Source: Geosiphon pyriformis uo1 (lineage: Eukaryota; Fungi; Glomeromycota). Taken from it: DNA of 64,000 nucleotides. The DNA is taken from assembly GCA_016748015.1 (NCBI GenBank), contig JAAOMT010000009.1:1964150-2028149 (forward strand), in the 5' to 3' direction. Below the pieces are notes generated by a model, which saw nothing but the letters and a program-made list of their open reading frames with translations, did no database searches and was not told the DNA's origin. The first letter of the stretch is position 1. Every line of letters begins with the position of its first letter. Positions 1-13,970 of this stretch are shown in pieces. The position numbers and the translations under genes were made by a program.

Positions 1-2284
1 CCTTTTTATGATATTTATTGTATATTGTGATATACCTATATTGGGGTTTTGCATAATTTCCAAAGGTACTCGCATTATTGATTCAATTGTTGCAGATTTG
101 GAATTTTATGCCAAAACATCCAAATTTGAATTAATCAAATGCTCGTCGTTTTAACCTTCTTTTTGAGGAGGATCAGTTAAGGCCTAATTATCTTCGAATT
201 GTCTTGGAGTATCTTTTACGATAAGGTATCATAGATTAAAATCAATACCAGTTTGTCATTTACCTATTCGATTATTGAAAAAAAAGGATAGAGACCCATG
301 ATTTCAAAACTGAAAAGACTTTTATGAAAAATATCTTGTAAATGTCAAAGCAAAATGTATAATGAATAGGAAAAGTGTAAAACTTTTGATTTACCACCTA
401 TAACAAATCATTCTCTAAAATTTCTTTTCCTAAAAATAGATGCGATATAAGATATATCCAGACTGACTATTGAGACTTTTATTAACATAATCAAAGGTTA
501 AGAATTTAATAGAACATGAAAAAGCCGCTGCGTACAAGATTTTTTAAAGTAAAACACTTTCTTATGTTTATTTGTAAGAAATTATTTTTACTTAAATCTG
601 AGAAAAATATTTTATTCAACAAAACCTTATTTTTGATCAAATATTCTATTGATACTGCAAATTTCAATATAAATTTTGATTTTTGTTCTTTTTAGATTAT
701 ATTATTGAATTAACTTATTTTAATTGAATTTACTTTGTATTAAGAGTTTGAATTATAACTAAAAATAATAATTGAAAACTTTTAAAAGTTAAGTAATATT
801 TGACAAATTTTTTTCAATTTTAAGAAAGTTTCAATAAATACTTTAAAGTTTAATTTTAATTTTATGTATTCAATATGTATAATTTTGAATGATTTAAAAG
901 GCTTTGTTATTTGATTAATAGAAAGACTCAATAATAAGATTAATAATTTAGTATATAATTTAATCTTTGATAACTTTGTAGTTTCATAGAAAACATATAA
1001 TTAATGTACTATTAATATATTCTTTTTTACTCTTTGCTCTGATTATGGTCATAAAATTTAGAAGAGAAAACCAGTTTTTTTTTTGTTAATAAAACTGTAA
1101 ATTATATTAATTTTTTATGTAATAATAATGATAATGAATTTTTATGTAATTAATAAATTAGGTTTTTTTATTATTATAAAAATAAAACTTTTTCAAAATA
1201 AAAAAATAATTTAAAAAACTTTGATAAAATAATAAAAAATATTATATTTGTTTTCACAAAAACGGTTTAAGTGTATTTAAAAAATTAATTATTATAATAA
1301 AAATTTTTTATTTTTTCTAAAGCACTTAATTAAATGATTAAAAAAAATATTATATATTAGATAAAAATATTATTAAGTCAATTTTTTTAAAATTTAAGCT
1401 AATAAAATTATATAAAAACATATTATATTATTAAAAATTTTTATTGTAAACATTTTATTTATAAGAATTAAATAATCTAATTTTTAATATATAAAACAGT
1501 ATTATTAGTTAAAAATTTTCTATTAAATACAATTTTTTCTTAAAATGTCAGTTTTAATAACAATATTATACAAATTAACTTGAAAACCAAAACTAATAAT
1601 AATATATTTTAATTATTGAAATAAAATTAAAAAATAAAACAAGTATAATTCTATACTTTAGAAACAGCTTATTGATTTTAAAAATAGTACAATCAGATAA
1701 ATAATTTATTAACTTGGCTTTAAAAATGTTTTTTGAAATTAAAACATTTTTTTGATTAAAAAAAAAAAGAATTTAATACTGTTTTTTTTTAAACCAAACA
1801 GCAAGCCAAAAAAGTATTTGAAAACACATATAACTTAAAATATACAATATTATATTACTATTAACAACAGATATTAACTTAATATCAAAGATCTTATTAA
1901 AAATAATTAAAGTATTTCTAATATTATGCAAAACAATAACAGAAAAAATAAGACTAAAACTTAAATTTACGGAAGACTTTACAATTTTAAAAGTAATAAA
2001 AAAACTCAATAATCTTAACATTCACAATAGTATTCAAAATAACTTGAAAAGTATTAAAATAGAGATTATTCATCTAAAAAATTTTTAATGGCTTGTAATA
2101 GTTGTCTAAATATTATTAAAACTAATATTTTCTTTAAAAATAAGAAAAATAATATAACAGATTGTTTAAGATTAGTTATTTGTTAAAATATAGTTTGTTT
2201 TGCTTTTAAAACCAAAAATAATTAACTGAAAATATTTGCTTTAAATAATACAATTTAATGCTAATTAAATTTAAACTTGACAAA

Positions 2285-2315
<31 letters not shown>

Positions 2316-2936
2316 AGAAAATAAACAACTGATTTTTATTTACGGTCATAATTAAACTAAATATTATAATTAACAAAAATAAAACAGTATCAATAAAAGT
2401 GCCAACAACACCAAAAAAAATCAAGACTTTATTTTCTATAAAAAAAAATTGGCTTTATAACAACAAAAGTGATTTGAAAAATATTAAAAAAACTGCATTT
2501 TCAAAAATTATAAAAAAGTGAATAGTTTTAATATTGTTTTAGCTTTTTTGGTCATTTGCACAAATAAAAAAAAGTTATAATAGAAAACAGTTTTAATATT
2601 GGCTTACTATTAAATATTCTAAAATTCTTATTAGTAATAACAATAATTATACTAAAATTGTTTTTAATAGGTTGTTTAAAAAGTACTTTAAATAAAAAAA
2701 ACTTTTACTTAAAGCCAAAAAAAGTGTTTTGGTCTAACAGAAAGCTGGTTTGTGTTTTTTATTAAAAAAAACACTTTTTTAAAGCATTATTTGTGTATTT
2801 TTACTATTAAAAAACTGCTTAATTAATAATATTCTCAGATATTTTAGAAAAAAATATAAGATATTTTAAGCTTATTTTTTGTTTTAGTTATAAACATAAA
2901 ACTTTATTTTTGAGACACAGTAAATTTATGATAGTA

Positions 2937-4349
2937 CAGAGGGTGTCCAAAAGTTTCCGAACAAACTTTGGAGTAACATTCCACATGCTTGAATAATTAG
3001 AAAAGCACGAGTTTATTACTAAATTAAGTTAGTTAATTATTTAATTACGCGTTTTTTATTTTTTAAACACGTGTATAATGTTTTTTCGCGACGCGCATAA
3101 TCGATTTTATTCATACTCGTTTTTTTATAAAAATGAAATGTAACGCGCATATAAAATTTTTTCGTCGTTTTTATTAAAACGAAATGGGAGCAAAAAAAGA
3201 ATTAACGATTGCTCAACGTAATACTATATGCTTATTACAACAGCATGGCAAGAAATATCGTGATATTGTCAACATAGTCAATTGCAGCTTGACAACAGTT
3301 TCGAATACAATAAAACGATTTAAAGAAACTGGTTCAATTGATTCAAGACCTCGTTCAGAACGTCCACGTTTATTTCCTCACCAAAAATATCGCCGACTTA
3401 AACGTTTAGTAACACTTAATGGAAAAAATCGTCGTTTATGTATTGCAAATATACGAACTCTTTGGAAACGAAAAACAAAGCAAACTATTTCTCTTAGAAC
3501 TCTTCGGCGTGCTCTTAAATCGGTTGGATTACGAAATCGTTATGCAAGAAGGAAACCTTTAATCTCACCAGCAAATATAGCAGCACGTCTTGCTTGGTTT
3601 ATTAAACATCAAAATTGGACAAATCAAAAATGGGCAAGAGTATTATGGAGTGAAGAATCAACTTTCTCTCAATTTCAACACAATCGGTCTAGTAAAGTAT
3701 GGCGTGAACCATCTGAAGAATGGCAATTGTCTTGTGTATCAGCAACAGTCAAACATAGTCCAAGTCGAATGTATTGGGCTTGTTTTTCACGACAAAACAT
3801 TGGACCAATTGTACCATTATATCAAACGGTAAATGGTACTAGACATGTTGAAATTCTTAACCATTATGCCTTACCAACTTTACAACGCATGTTTCCTAAA
3901 AACAATGGATAGTTTCAAGAAGATAATGCTATCCCTCATCGATCAAAAACTGCCAAAGAATTTCATAGCAAAAACAAGTTACGTATTCTTTCTTGGCCTC
4001 CTCAAAGTCCAGATCTCAATCCAATTGAAAATTTATGGGCTATAGTAAAATGTAATATTCGTAAAAAAGAAAAACCGCCAACTACTCTTAAAAAACTTGA
4101 TAAGTATGTTAAAGAAGCTTGGAAAGCAATTCCTAAATCAACGATTATAAAATTAGTTGATAGTATGCCTCGACGTATTCAAGCAGTAATTATAGCACAA
4201 GGAGGACCAACAAAGTATTAAAAGCTTAATAGAAAATTTAGAAAATTACTATAAAATTATAAATATGTTGTTTATTTTGTTTTATTTTATAAAAAAATAA
4301 ATATTATTGTTAAATAAAATCTTGTTCGGAAACTTTTGGACAACCTCTG
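2937..4349 (+). mobile_element. Tc1-family DNA transposon, full length (1413 bp), 28-bp TIRs, TA target-site duplication
   Basis: Left TIR CAGAGGGTGTCCAAAAGTTTCCGAACAA (2937-2964) and right TIR TTGTTCGGAAACTTTTGGACAACCTCTG (4322-4349) match at 27/28; TA at 2935-2936 and 4350-4351; internal Tc1 transposase. Confidence 0.96.
3184..4221 (+). pseudogene. Tc1 DD34E transposase with one in-frame stop
   Basis: HTH region with ARRKPLIS. TAG at 3910-3912, then the same frame continues FQEDNAIPH...WPPQSPDLNPIENLW...GGPTKY* with 34 residues between D and E. The first catalytic Asp reads E (WSEES). Confidence 0.92.
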
Positions 4350-5502
4350 TAGATTAAAAAATGAAATTAAAAGAAGCATAATTGGGCAAATTAGAGAAAC
4401 AAAAAATTATGATCAGTTTAATAAAAATTTCAAAATTGTGGACCATCATAAAAACAGATGAATTTGAATTGATATAGGAAAGGGAAAAGAAAGTATTGTT
4501 TAAAGCATTTAACCTTTGAAAAAAAAAACATAATCAATAATTTTGAATGATTTCTGGAAAAGTATATATGAAATGAATCATTTGTAGACAATGAGTTGCA
4601 TGATATTGTTTTTGTTTTAGGTTTTTTGAATCAGTTAATTATGCTCATATTCTTAGAATTATTTAAAGGAGTCCTCAACTATGAGATTAGGATAAGAACT
4701 AAACTTTTAAATCCAATAAATAAACGGTGAAGTTGATTCAACATTAGTTTTGCACTTGAAAGGAGTTGATATCGGAAAAAACCATTAATATTCATTCCAG
4801 TCCACCTTGGTGAGAATTTTATAGATTAAATATTTTCTTAATTTTAAGAATGAAAGTGTATAAATTTATTTAAATAATAATAAAAAAGGTTCCAGTCCAA
4901 CAAAATTCCTTGAACATATAAAAAAAAGAAGATAGTACAGATTATAATGGAAAAAACAATTATCCTTCCTAAAACAAGTTTTTTTATGAATCTTGGAAAC
5001 TGGTTTAAACAGCACAATATTCTTTATTATTTTCTACGCTTTTAGAAAATTTTGCCGTTTTAAATGTTAATCTTTGTCAGTTTAAGAATTAAAATGAAAC
5101 CGTTTGTGTTGCTATTGCAATTGGCGTTTTTTTTTTTTTTTTACAAAGAGATTTGGCTTCTCATTTAGGACGAATTTGAATGAAATCTGGTCGATCTATT
5201 AAAAAATGTCGGATTCCCTATTTTAGATTAAAAATGGCGAACAAAGTAAATAGGATAAATTAATTATTTTAGTTTAGGTTTCCGGTCAAAGAAGTAATCA
5301 TAAGTTTAGCAAAAATTTTTAGTCAAGACTCTTTTTTGAGTTTCGGCTGATACGGAAATAGAAATAGGAATTCCACTTTGAAAAAATATTAAAAAAAAAA
5401 GAAAGACTCCTTTTAAAAGCTCAGAACAAAAAAACATTGATCAAATTCATTAAATCTTATATCATCGAAACTCTCCAATAACTGATAAAGTTTATCCACA
5501 TT

Positions 5503-6375
5503 ATGAAAAACCTTGAAAATGAAAGATATCGTCCAGACGCTCATGATTGTAACGATTGTTCTTTGTGTCAAACTAGCATCAAGAATAAAACAGTGAATAA
5601 TTGTGCAGCTTGCCAATTCCTTTTTCTAGAAGAATTTCATAAAAACTTTTCAAGTGGGAACGAAGCAGTGGATGAAATAGTAAAAAATCCAATTTATCTA
5701 TCAGCTAATAATAAAGATGAAGGAGTGAATTATTATGAATGGATTCCATGGGGACGTTTAGAAAATATTTCCAAGATTGCTCAGGGAGGATTTGGTTATA
5801 TTCATAAAGCAACATGGGTGGATGGAATGATTAATTTTACCACTGTTTCGCATAATGGTGAAGTGGGATTCGAAAGAAAAGGACGAAGAGATGTTGCGAT
5901 CAAATTTATAAAAACATCAAATCAGAATAATGAAGATCTTTTTAAAGAGGTATTTTTTTTTCATTAGTCAAACGTTTTTCATCTTCAAGTTAAAATCAAT
6001 GTTTTTATTGCTTATTTTTCATTATTTTTTTTTCGATCAAGTTGTATATTCAAAGGCTTCTATTAGCAAATAATACCGATAATGTGTCCCATATCATCCA
6101 AATAATAGGGATCACGCAAAACCCTGCAACACTCGATTATGGATTAGTGTTAGAATTTGCTGAGCATGGAGATATGCGAAATTATTTTTCATTAAATTTT
6201 TATTCAGATCTTTGGGATTATAAATTGAAGATAGCGTGGGCTATAGCTTCTGGACTTTTTAGGATCCATGAAGTTGGAATGGTTCATCGTGATCTACACT
6301 CGGGTAATATCCTAATATCTGATAAAGGATTGGTGAAGATTATTGACTTTAGATTATGTCAAACTATAAACAAAG

Positions 6376-6422
<47 letters not shown>

Positions 6423-7120
6423 GAAGAGAAAGGAATATTTGGAGTGATTCCATACATTCCACCAGAAGTCTTTAAGGGTGAAAAGTTCACCACCGCTGGT
6501 GATATTTACAGTTTAGGAATGGTATTATGGGAATTAGCAACAGGAAAGCCTCCCTTTCATGATCGTTCTTATGACAATTTACTTATAGTGGAAATTTTAA
6601 ATGGTGCAAGACCTAAAATTACCTCACCCCTCGTTCCACCTTGTTACGCTGAACTCATTGAAAAGTGTTGGGACGTGAATCCATTGAATCGTCCTACTGC
6701 CAAAGAAGTTTCGGATAAATTGAATGAACTTGGCAAATTTATAGATGACGCATTTACAGATGAAAGTCCTGAAAGGTTACAGTTTAAGGAATCAGAAAAA
6801 TACATAAATGAAATGGCGGAACGTGACGATATAACAATTATTCATCCGGGAGCAGTTTATACCAGTCGTGTTTTAACATTGCAAATTATTGATTTTTCTA
6901 CAGGTTTGTTTCATTTAATTTAATTTAATTTAATTTAAATAAAGGTAATAATTAAATTAATTGATAAAAATTTATTTATTTTATTTAATGATATTTTTAA
7001 AGCAGAAATTATATTTCTCCCTGCAGGTAAATAAATCAAGAAAATTATTTAACAAATAATTTTGATAAATTTTTTAACGTTTACTTTATTAACTTTTACA
7101 TATATTTAGACGATTCTTAA
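5503..7120 (+). CDS. Tyrosine-kinase-like protein kinase, exons ~5503-5949, 6042-6903, 7006-7026, 7110-7120
   Basis: EWIPW, AQGGFG, VAIK, HRDLHSGN, GVIPYIPPE, DIYSLGMVLWEL and IHPGAVYTSR motifs; GT-AG introns keep the frame. DFG reads DFR. Confidence 0.9.
6378..6422 (+). repeat. (ACA)15 coding microsatellite giving poly-Thr in the kinase activation segment
   Basis: Directly visible. Confidence 0.95.
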
Positions 7121-7544
7121 TTAGTAATCTCAATTTTTTTAATTGATACATATAGATGTATTTTGATAAAGGGATATACTTTAAGAACTTAAATACTTTA
7201 TTTAAAAATATCTCTTATCTCTTAAATTATTAAATAAATATTTTCACAAAATGAAATTTTTTCAAGATTATTTATATTTAAGTATCACAATTTAGTAAAA
7301 ACAATGTATTGAAAAACCTGTGCAAAGTAATCAAAAAATAGAGTCTTTGTTAAAATTATAAAAATATATATAATTCAAATTTTTGAAACCTTACTAGTCA
7401 ACTCTTAAATTCAGTAGTTACAGAAGCAAAAAAATATTTAAAATAAAAATAAGAAAAAATGAAAGAAAGAAAAAAAAAATCTACATTTGTTTATTTCAGT
7501 ACACCTTAAACATTGTCCAACAATTTAATGATTGCAACAATGAA

Positions 7545-7592
7545 ATAATAATAATAATAATAATAATAAGAATAATAATAATAATAATAATA
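7545..7592. repeat. (AAT)n microsatellite
   Basis: Directly visible, one interruption. Confidence 0.9.
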
Positions 7593-7791
7593 AAGGGAAA
7601 AAATTATTAAAAATTATTTATTTAAATGCTGACATCAATAATTATATTTGAAATTAATTAAATTTTACTAAATAAAATAACTTTGAAAAATTCTTAAGAA
7701 TGCTTGAATTTTGAAAAATATATTCTCATTTCTTCCCCTGAAAACCTTTCAGATATTGTTAAGAGAACGGTATAAATAAAGGGTTATTAGA

Positions 7792-10700
7792 ATGAGTGAC
7801 CAATTTTATTCCGCTTTCTATACAAATGATGAATCTCTTACGAATCAAAGCTTATCGAGCCATCACGAATATAAGAAATATAAATTAAAACAAGAATCCA
7901 TTATTTTTCCTTCCCTAAATCTTAGCAGCAGTCAAAAAAATTCGTCTGAAACCACTTTAGAAAAACGACATCAACCCACTATAGAAATCTTTTCTTCTTT
8001 ACACATACAATTCATCCAATTTAAATCCAAATACTTTATCCTTTTCTATTTATTGTTAACAATTACTTTTATCGCGGTTTTTTTTCGAGGAAAGACAAAC
8101 GTAACCCCTTCTAAAAAATTTTCCGGTGAAATTAAAATTTCAAAGAGATATAATAAATTAGAGGTAATTCTCAAAAAATTTTTATTTCTTCAAATTAAAT
8201 TTTAAAGTTTGTTTTTATTTATTTAATATAGGGAGTTTGCAAAACTGCCGAATGTATCCGCATTGCTAATTTAATTCTTGCAGATCTAGATCTTAACGCA
8301 AATCCATGTCAAGACTTTCATCAATATACCTGTAAGTCAATATTGCTCATTTTCAATATTGGTTTTGTCTCAAATACCCTTTTACAAAATTTAAAATCAG
8401 GTGGAAAATTTAATACTAATCACCCAATTCCGGAAGATGAAGCAAAGGTCGATTTTTATAGAATTCTTTTTAAGGACAATAAAGTGAGTAGTGCTTTTAT
8501 CTTATTTTCGATGGATTGAAAATAAGCAACTATAGATTATGATATTTTATTATACAGAAAATTTTGCAACGAATTCTAGAAAATGGCACTATTTCAACTA
8601 AAATTCAAGACAGGCTAAACCTACAAAAAATTCAGTCCTTATATCAATCATGCGTAAACGAAACTCGAATTCAAGAACTAGGAGTAACCCCATTATCCCC
8701 TTTGTTGTCTCAAATTCTTCTTCTATTCCCTCTAGACCAAAAAAAAAATAACTTAAAATCTCAAAACTCTGAGACAGCTGCAAACATAAAAAGTTGTCGT
8801 TTAAAAAACACCTTAGCCTATCTTAACAATATCGGAATCGATAGTCTTTTTATGTTCTCAGTAAGCCCAGGTACTCGTGAGCCCGAAACCTATGTATTGC
8901 ATATATCCCAACCTTCGCTCACCCTACCCTCTAAAGAATATTATGAGGATAAAGAATTTATAATGATGCTTAAAAATTCAATTGCGGAACTATTTGGAAA
9001 GGTTCTTGGTGAAGTTGATGGGTTTTGTGATGCTAAGAATAATCGGCGTATTGCTCAAGAAGTTGTTGATTTCGAAAAATCATTAGCAAAGATTTTACTT
9101 CCACCGTAAGCTTTTTGGTGTTTGACCTTCGATTTCTATTAGTAGCTCTTCATTAAAAGTCTATTATTATTTGAAAAATTTAGCGAAGCACTTCTAGACC
9201 CCGAGGCGTTATATAATCCCTACAATATATCATCTCTGCAACAATTAAGTCCTGCTATCCTCTGGTCCGAATTAATAAAAAGTCAATTGAGACTTAACAC
9301 TACACTACCTAAAAGAATCATTCTAGAGTCAAAAGAGTATTTCGCAAACCTATCCATCCTCATTCAACAAACTTCCACCTCAACTCTACGAAATTATTTT
9401 CTATGGCAAACTATTTTTAAATATGTTGAATTTTTAAGTGAGGATTTCAAGGCACTAGGGAGAAAGATTTTGGCCAAAATTAGTGGGATTAATGAAACCG
9501 TGATCCCACAACGTTGGGAAATTTGCGTGGAAACTGTGGATTCTATTTTAGGGTTTATGATCGGCAGATTTTATGTATTGGAAGCCTTTCCAGGTTAAAG
9601 ATTATTTCGACCAAATGTTTTTAAAAGTATGAAAATTATTTTTTTTAGTTTACTTTTTGCTTTTCAGGTGAAAGTAAGAAAATGTCGGATAAATTGGTAA
9701 ATAGAATACGAGAAGCTTTTTTCAGAAGATTATCATTACTTGATTGGCTAGATAAAGAGACTCGAGAAAAGGGAATTTTAAAGGTAATTCTTTAATTACA
9801 AGAAACCTCTATTTTTTTTTACCTAATTACAAAGCCTTTTAATTAAGATTTCTTCCTATTTAATTCTCTCTAGCTAAACAAAATGATTCAAAAAATTGGC
9901 TATCCAACATCCTCGCCCAACACCTTAGACCCAATCAGCGTCGCTAATTATTACAATGATTTAAAAATTGAGCCGAAATCATTTTTCCAAAATAATTTTC
10001 GATCAATTCAATGGTTTCAAAACCGCACCTGGACAAAAATTGGCAAACCAATTGATCGTGGTGAATGGATTTTTACTCCACCTACAGTGAATGCATATTA
10101 TGTAAATATAAAACCAATAGAAAATTTTTCATAATTCCTGACCATCTCTCCATCTTTTAGGAGGACACTCTTAACGAAATTGCGTTCCCAGCGGGTGTGT
10201 TTTTTAATCTTTGTCCAACTAGTCATATTTTATGTCTTCTGAAAAAGAAACTCTATTTATCTTGTCTAGGAATTCTGAAACCACCATTCTTTAGCCAGAA
10301 ACAACCAGATTATCTTAATTTTGGTGGTATCGGGGCTGTCATCGGTCATGAAATTACGGTTAGTATTTTTTTTGTAGAGAGATTGTTATTTTGAAATATT
10401 TTAATCCTTGAAATTTTTTTCGACTCTTATATTTTGCCATAAGCATGGTTTCGATGCCATTGGTCGTAAATATGATGAAAAAGGTCGAATTATTCAGGTA
10501 ACAGGGAATGTAAAAGCAAAGTTTATGTTTAAATAAATCAAAATTTTATTTCTTTAATATTTATATTGTCGTTTTCAGTGGTGGACCAATAAAACTCTTG
10601 CTGCCTTCAACCAAAGAACTGAATGTTTTGTTAGACAGTATAACAATTTCACCATTAAAGGTTCCAAAAATGAAACAATTCATGTAAATGGAAAATTGAC

Positions 10701-11185
10701 ATTGAACGAAAACTTGGCTGATAACGGAGGGTAAATTTAAATATAAAAAGTTTAAATAACCATGATTGTCTCAATTTCATTTAACTCTTTTTTTTTTTCA
10801 CATAAACAGACTTCAGCTCGCATACGATGCTTGGCTGGCTCAAATCAATGGATCAAGTGCTAATAAAACCTTGGATAGAAATTATTTACTTCCAGGGCTT
10901 GAAAATCTATCACGTGAACAACTGTTTTATATAAACTATGGACACTCAAGTTGCGACAATGTTCGACCTGCGGAGGCTCTAAGACTGGTAATTGTTTTAT
11001 AAAAATTTAGATGTTTAACAAAGCTTTCTAAAAAATCTTTCACCTATTAGATTCGTATCGATGTTCATTCTCCCAACAAATGGAGGTTTATCGGTCCATT
11101 GCAGAACGATAAACGTTTTGCAAAGGCATTTAATTGTAAATTGGGGACACCAATGAACCCGGCTAAAAAGTGTCAATTGTGGTAG
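7792..11185 (+). CDS. M13 family zinc metallopeptidase (neprilysin/ECE-like), multi-exon, type II membrane anchor
   Basis: N-terminal TM; C-x4-C and PCQDF; VNAYY; GAVIGHEIT|HGFD split by intron 10359-10443; ENLADNGG; HSP; C-terminal [10 protein letters not shown]. Confidence 0.93.
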
Positions 11186-11389
11186 TTGTTCCTATTTATT
11201 TTTAAATACTAACAAGTAATCTTAAAAAGGAAATAAATATCATACAATAAATGGTAAGATTACAGTTAGGATCTCCATGTACTAACCGTTTCTGTTTGCA
11301 TGTACCCATGATCTAGTATAAAAAAATCCAAACAATTCAAAATAAAAATTTTTAAAGCTCAGTTTTCACCTCGAAATTTGACAGAAATA

Positions 11390-13383
11390 ATGGAAAACAT
11401 GGAAACTTATTTTGTCTCAGATAAACCTTACCAAGCTGATAATGAATTTAAACAGTATCGAGCTAGATGGTTCGGTCTCATTATTTTAATCTTTCTCAAC
11501 ATTTCAAACTCATTATTTTGGCTAGGATTTGCTCCGATCGCAAATATTGTCCAAGAATATTTAAATGTTGGGCCAACAGCCGTCACTATGTTGGCTACAA
11601 TTTTTTATCTCATTTATGGGATTACTCCTGGTATTGTTTGGGGTCTTGATCGTTGGGGAATCAAGAATGGGGTATATTTCAAAAAAAATTTGATGATGTA
11701 TTTAATAGATTTTTTTCAAACGAGAAATCTGAATTTTTTTCTAGTTAATTTTTGGAGCAATTTTAAATGCATTCGGTGGTTGGATACGATATTTTGCTAT
11801 TTTCATTGATAATAAAAATGCAGAATATGCTATTTTGTTTATTGGTCAGGTATACTATGTACATGTACTTATTTTTCATTTTATTTTGGTTGAATTCTCG
11901 CTCTCAACACAATTTTGAAATGTAGGCGATAGCTGGTATATCAAATGCGGTTTTTTTAACGATTCCTACAAATGTAAGAATATTAATATGTTCATTTCAT
12001 GTCAAAAATAACTTTAATTTTCCTTATTTTAAAGTATGCTATGACCTGGTTTAGCGAAAACTCACGAGCCACAGCAAATACGATTGGATCAGCATGTTAG
12101 TATTGTTTATTTGGAAATCTTTGATCTAGCCAAAATTACAATATTATTGAGGCCTTTTCCAAATATAAATTCCCATTTCTCAGCTAATGCATTCGGTGCA
12201 GCTGTTGCAAGCATCTTAATACCAGCTATCGTTTCTAAACCTGACGAGGTTCCGAGATCGGTATTTTATTCAGTTTACAATTAATTTTTTTTAAAGTACA
12301 CTCAAATACAGAAAGGGATGATAAATTTTCCTGTTTTTAAGCTTTTAATATGCGCAGTGATTGCAACCATCGTCGCCATTCCCTCATTCTTTATTCCATC
12401 AAAACCTCCAAGTTACCCTTCGTACTCCGCCTCTCAACCAATTGAACCATTCGGAACTGGATTCAAAAAACTGGTGAAAAACAGAAACTTTTGGATCTTA
12501 TTCGCCAGTTTTACGGCAGCTGTTGGATCTTTTAATGCTTTCACCGCCTTGATCAATGATATCTATAAACCATATGGATATAGTGAAGCAGATGCTGGTT
12601 AGTTTAAGAGAATTTTAAAAATTGAATTGGATTTAGCAAATCATTACTAAATGTTAATTAATAAAATAGGAATCGTTGAGGCTATAGTCATCATCTCAGG
12701 GCTATTTGGGGCGGGTGTTTTTGGATTTATATTGGACAAGACTCACGCTTACAAAACTATTTTAAGATGTATCTCACCTTTGATTGGGATATCTTTTTTC
12801 TTGATTACTTTTTCAGGTATTTACAAGCCAAATTTTGTGTTAGTGTTGTTTATTTTGTTATTGTATAATTAACATAGTCAGAATTCAATTATTTTTTCAG
12901 TAAGAGAAAACAATTTGATTCTCATTTATATTCTTTCCGCTTGTGTTGGATTCTTGTTGTTTAGTCTACTTCCTGTGGCATTAGAAATTGGAGTTGAATG
13001 TAATTATTTTAATTTTTATGATTCTGAACTACCGTTTCGAAAATATCTTCAACCAATTACTTTTTCAACTGGAATTCCTAGGCACATACCCAGTTTCAGC
13101 AAACACGTCAGCATCAATTCTTTGGCTAGGTGGTAACTTTGCCGGTGTAATTTGCACGGTGGTTATGGATCAGTTGCGATATCCCGAGAACAAAGGAAAT
13201 CCACCAGAAAATATGCATAGAAGCTTGTTATTTCAAGGTATATTAGTGTTGTTTTTTACTTTGTTTACGGCAACATTTTATAATGCTCCGAACTTGAGGC
13301 ATGAAGATGAATTACGTATAAAGTTAAAAGATGCTAGTGTTGTTAAAGTAAAGAAGTCGAAAGATTCTCTTGATTTGGAATGA
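11390..13383 (+). CDS. MFS transporter, FLVCR/SLC49-like, multi-exon
   Basis: YRARWFGL, WLGFAPI, LDRWG, WFSENSRATA, PSKPPSYPSYSA and ALEIGVEC|TYPVS; multiple TM segments. Confidence 0.88.
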
Positions 13384-13937
13384 AAAATTTGACAAGATGG
13401 AAAAAAAAAATTTTGTACACACAATGATTGGTTATTTTTACAAAGAAAGGTTTATTAGCATTTTTAACTGGCTAAAAAATAAAATCCATTTTGGTTTTAA
13501 TTAATCTAAATCATAGAATAGGAATAAGATATTTAAAAAATTTTAAAAGGTAAATATTACAATATTTAATATTTTTGACACATTGAAAAAAAGAAATTTT
13601 TTATTTGCCATACTTTTAATATATTATTATTCGTTAAACAGTATTTAATTGTATAAATTAATTTTATGATTCCAATTGAATAATTCAAGACGCCAAAAAT
13701 TCTCAACTTTATTAAATTCAATATTATTGTATAATAACAAATAATGAAAGTATTAAAAATATTTAATATTTTTAATATTGACAGCAAACTAATAAAACAA
13801 TAGTGGTATAAAATATTTTTAAAATATCAACATTAACCTTTTCAAAATGCAATTCTATTTAAGAAAATTTTTTTTGAATGAATGAAATTGAGTTACCCAA
13901 AATTTTGGAAATAAATAATAATAATGCTCCCAAGTAT

Positions 13938-13970
13938 GAAATAGAAATAGAAATAGAAATAGAAATAGAA
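13938..13970. repeat. (GAAATA)n microsatellite
   Basis: Directly visible; a similar degenerate array lies at ~34113-34163. Confidence 0.8.

Noticed and set aside
1773-2424. Hydrophobic short ORFs in AT-rich blocks
   Set aside because: Compositional artefacts of decayed repeat DNA.
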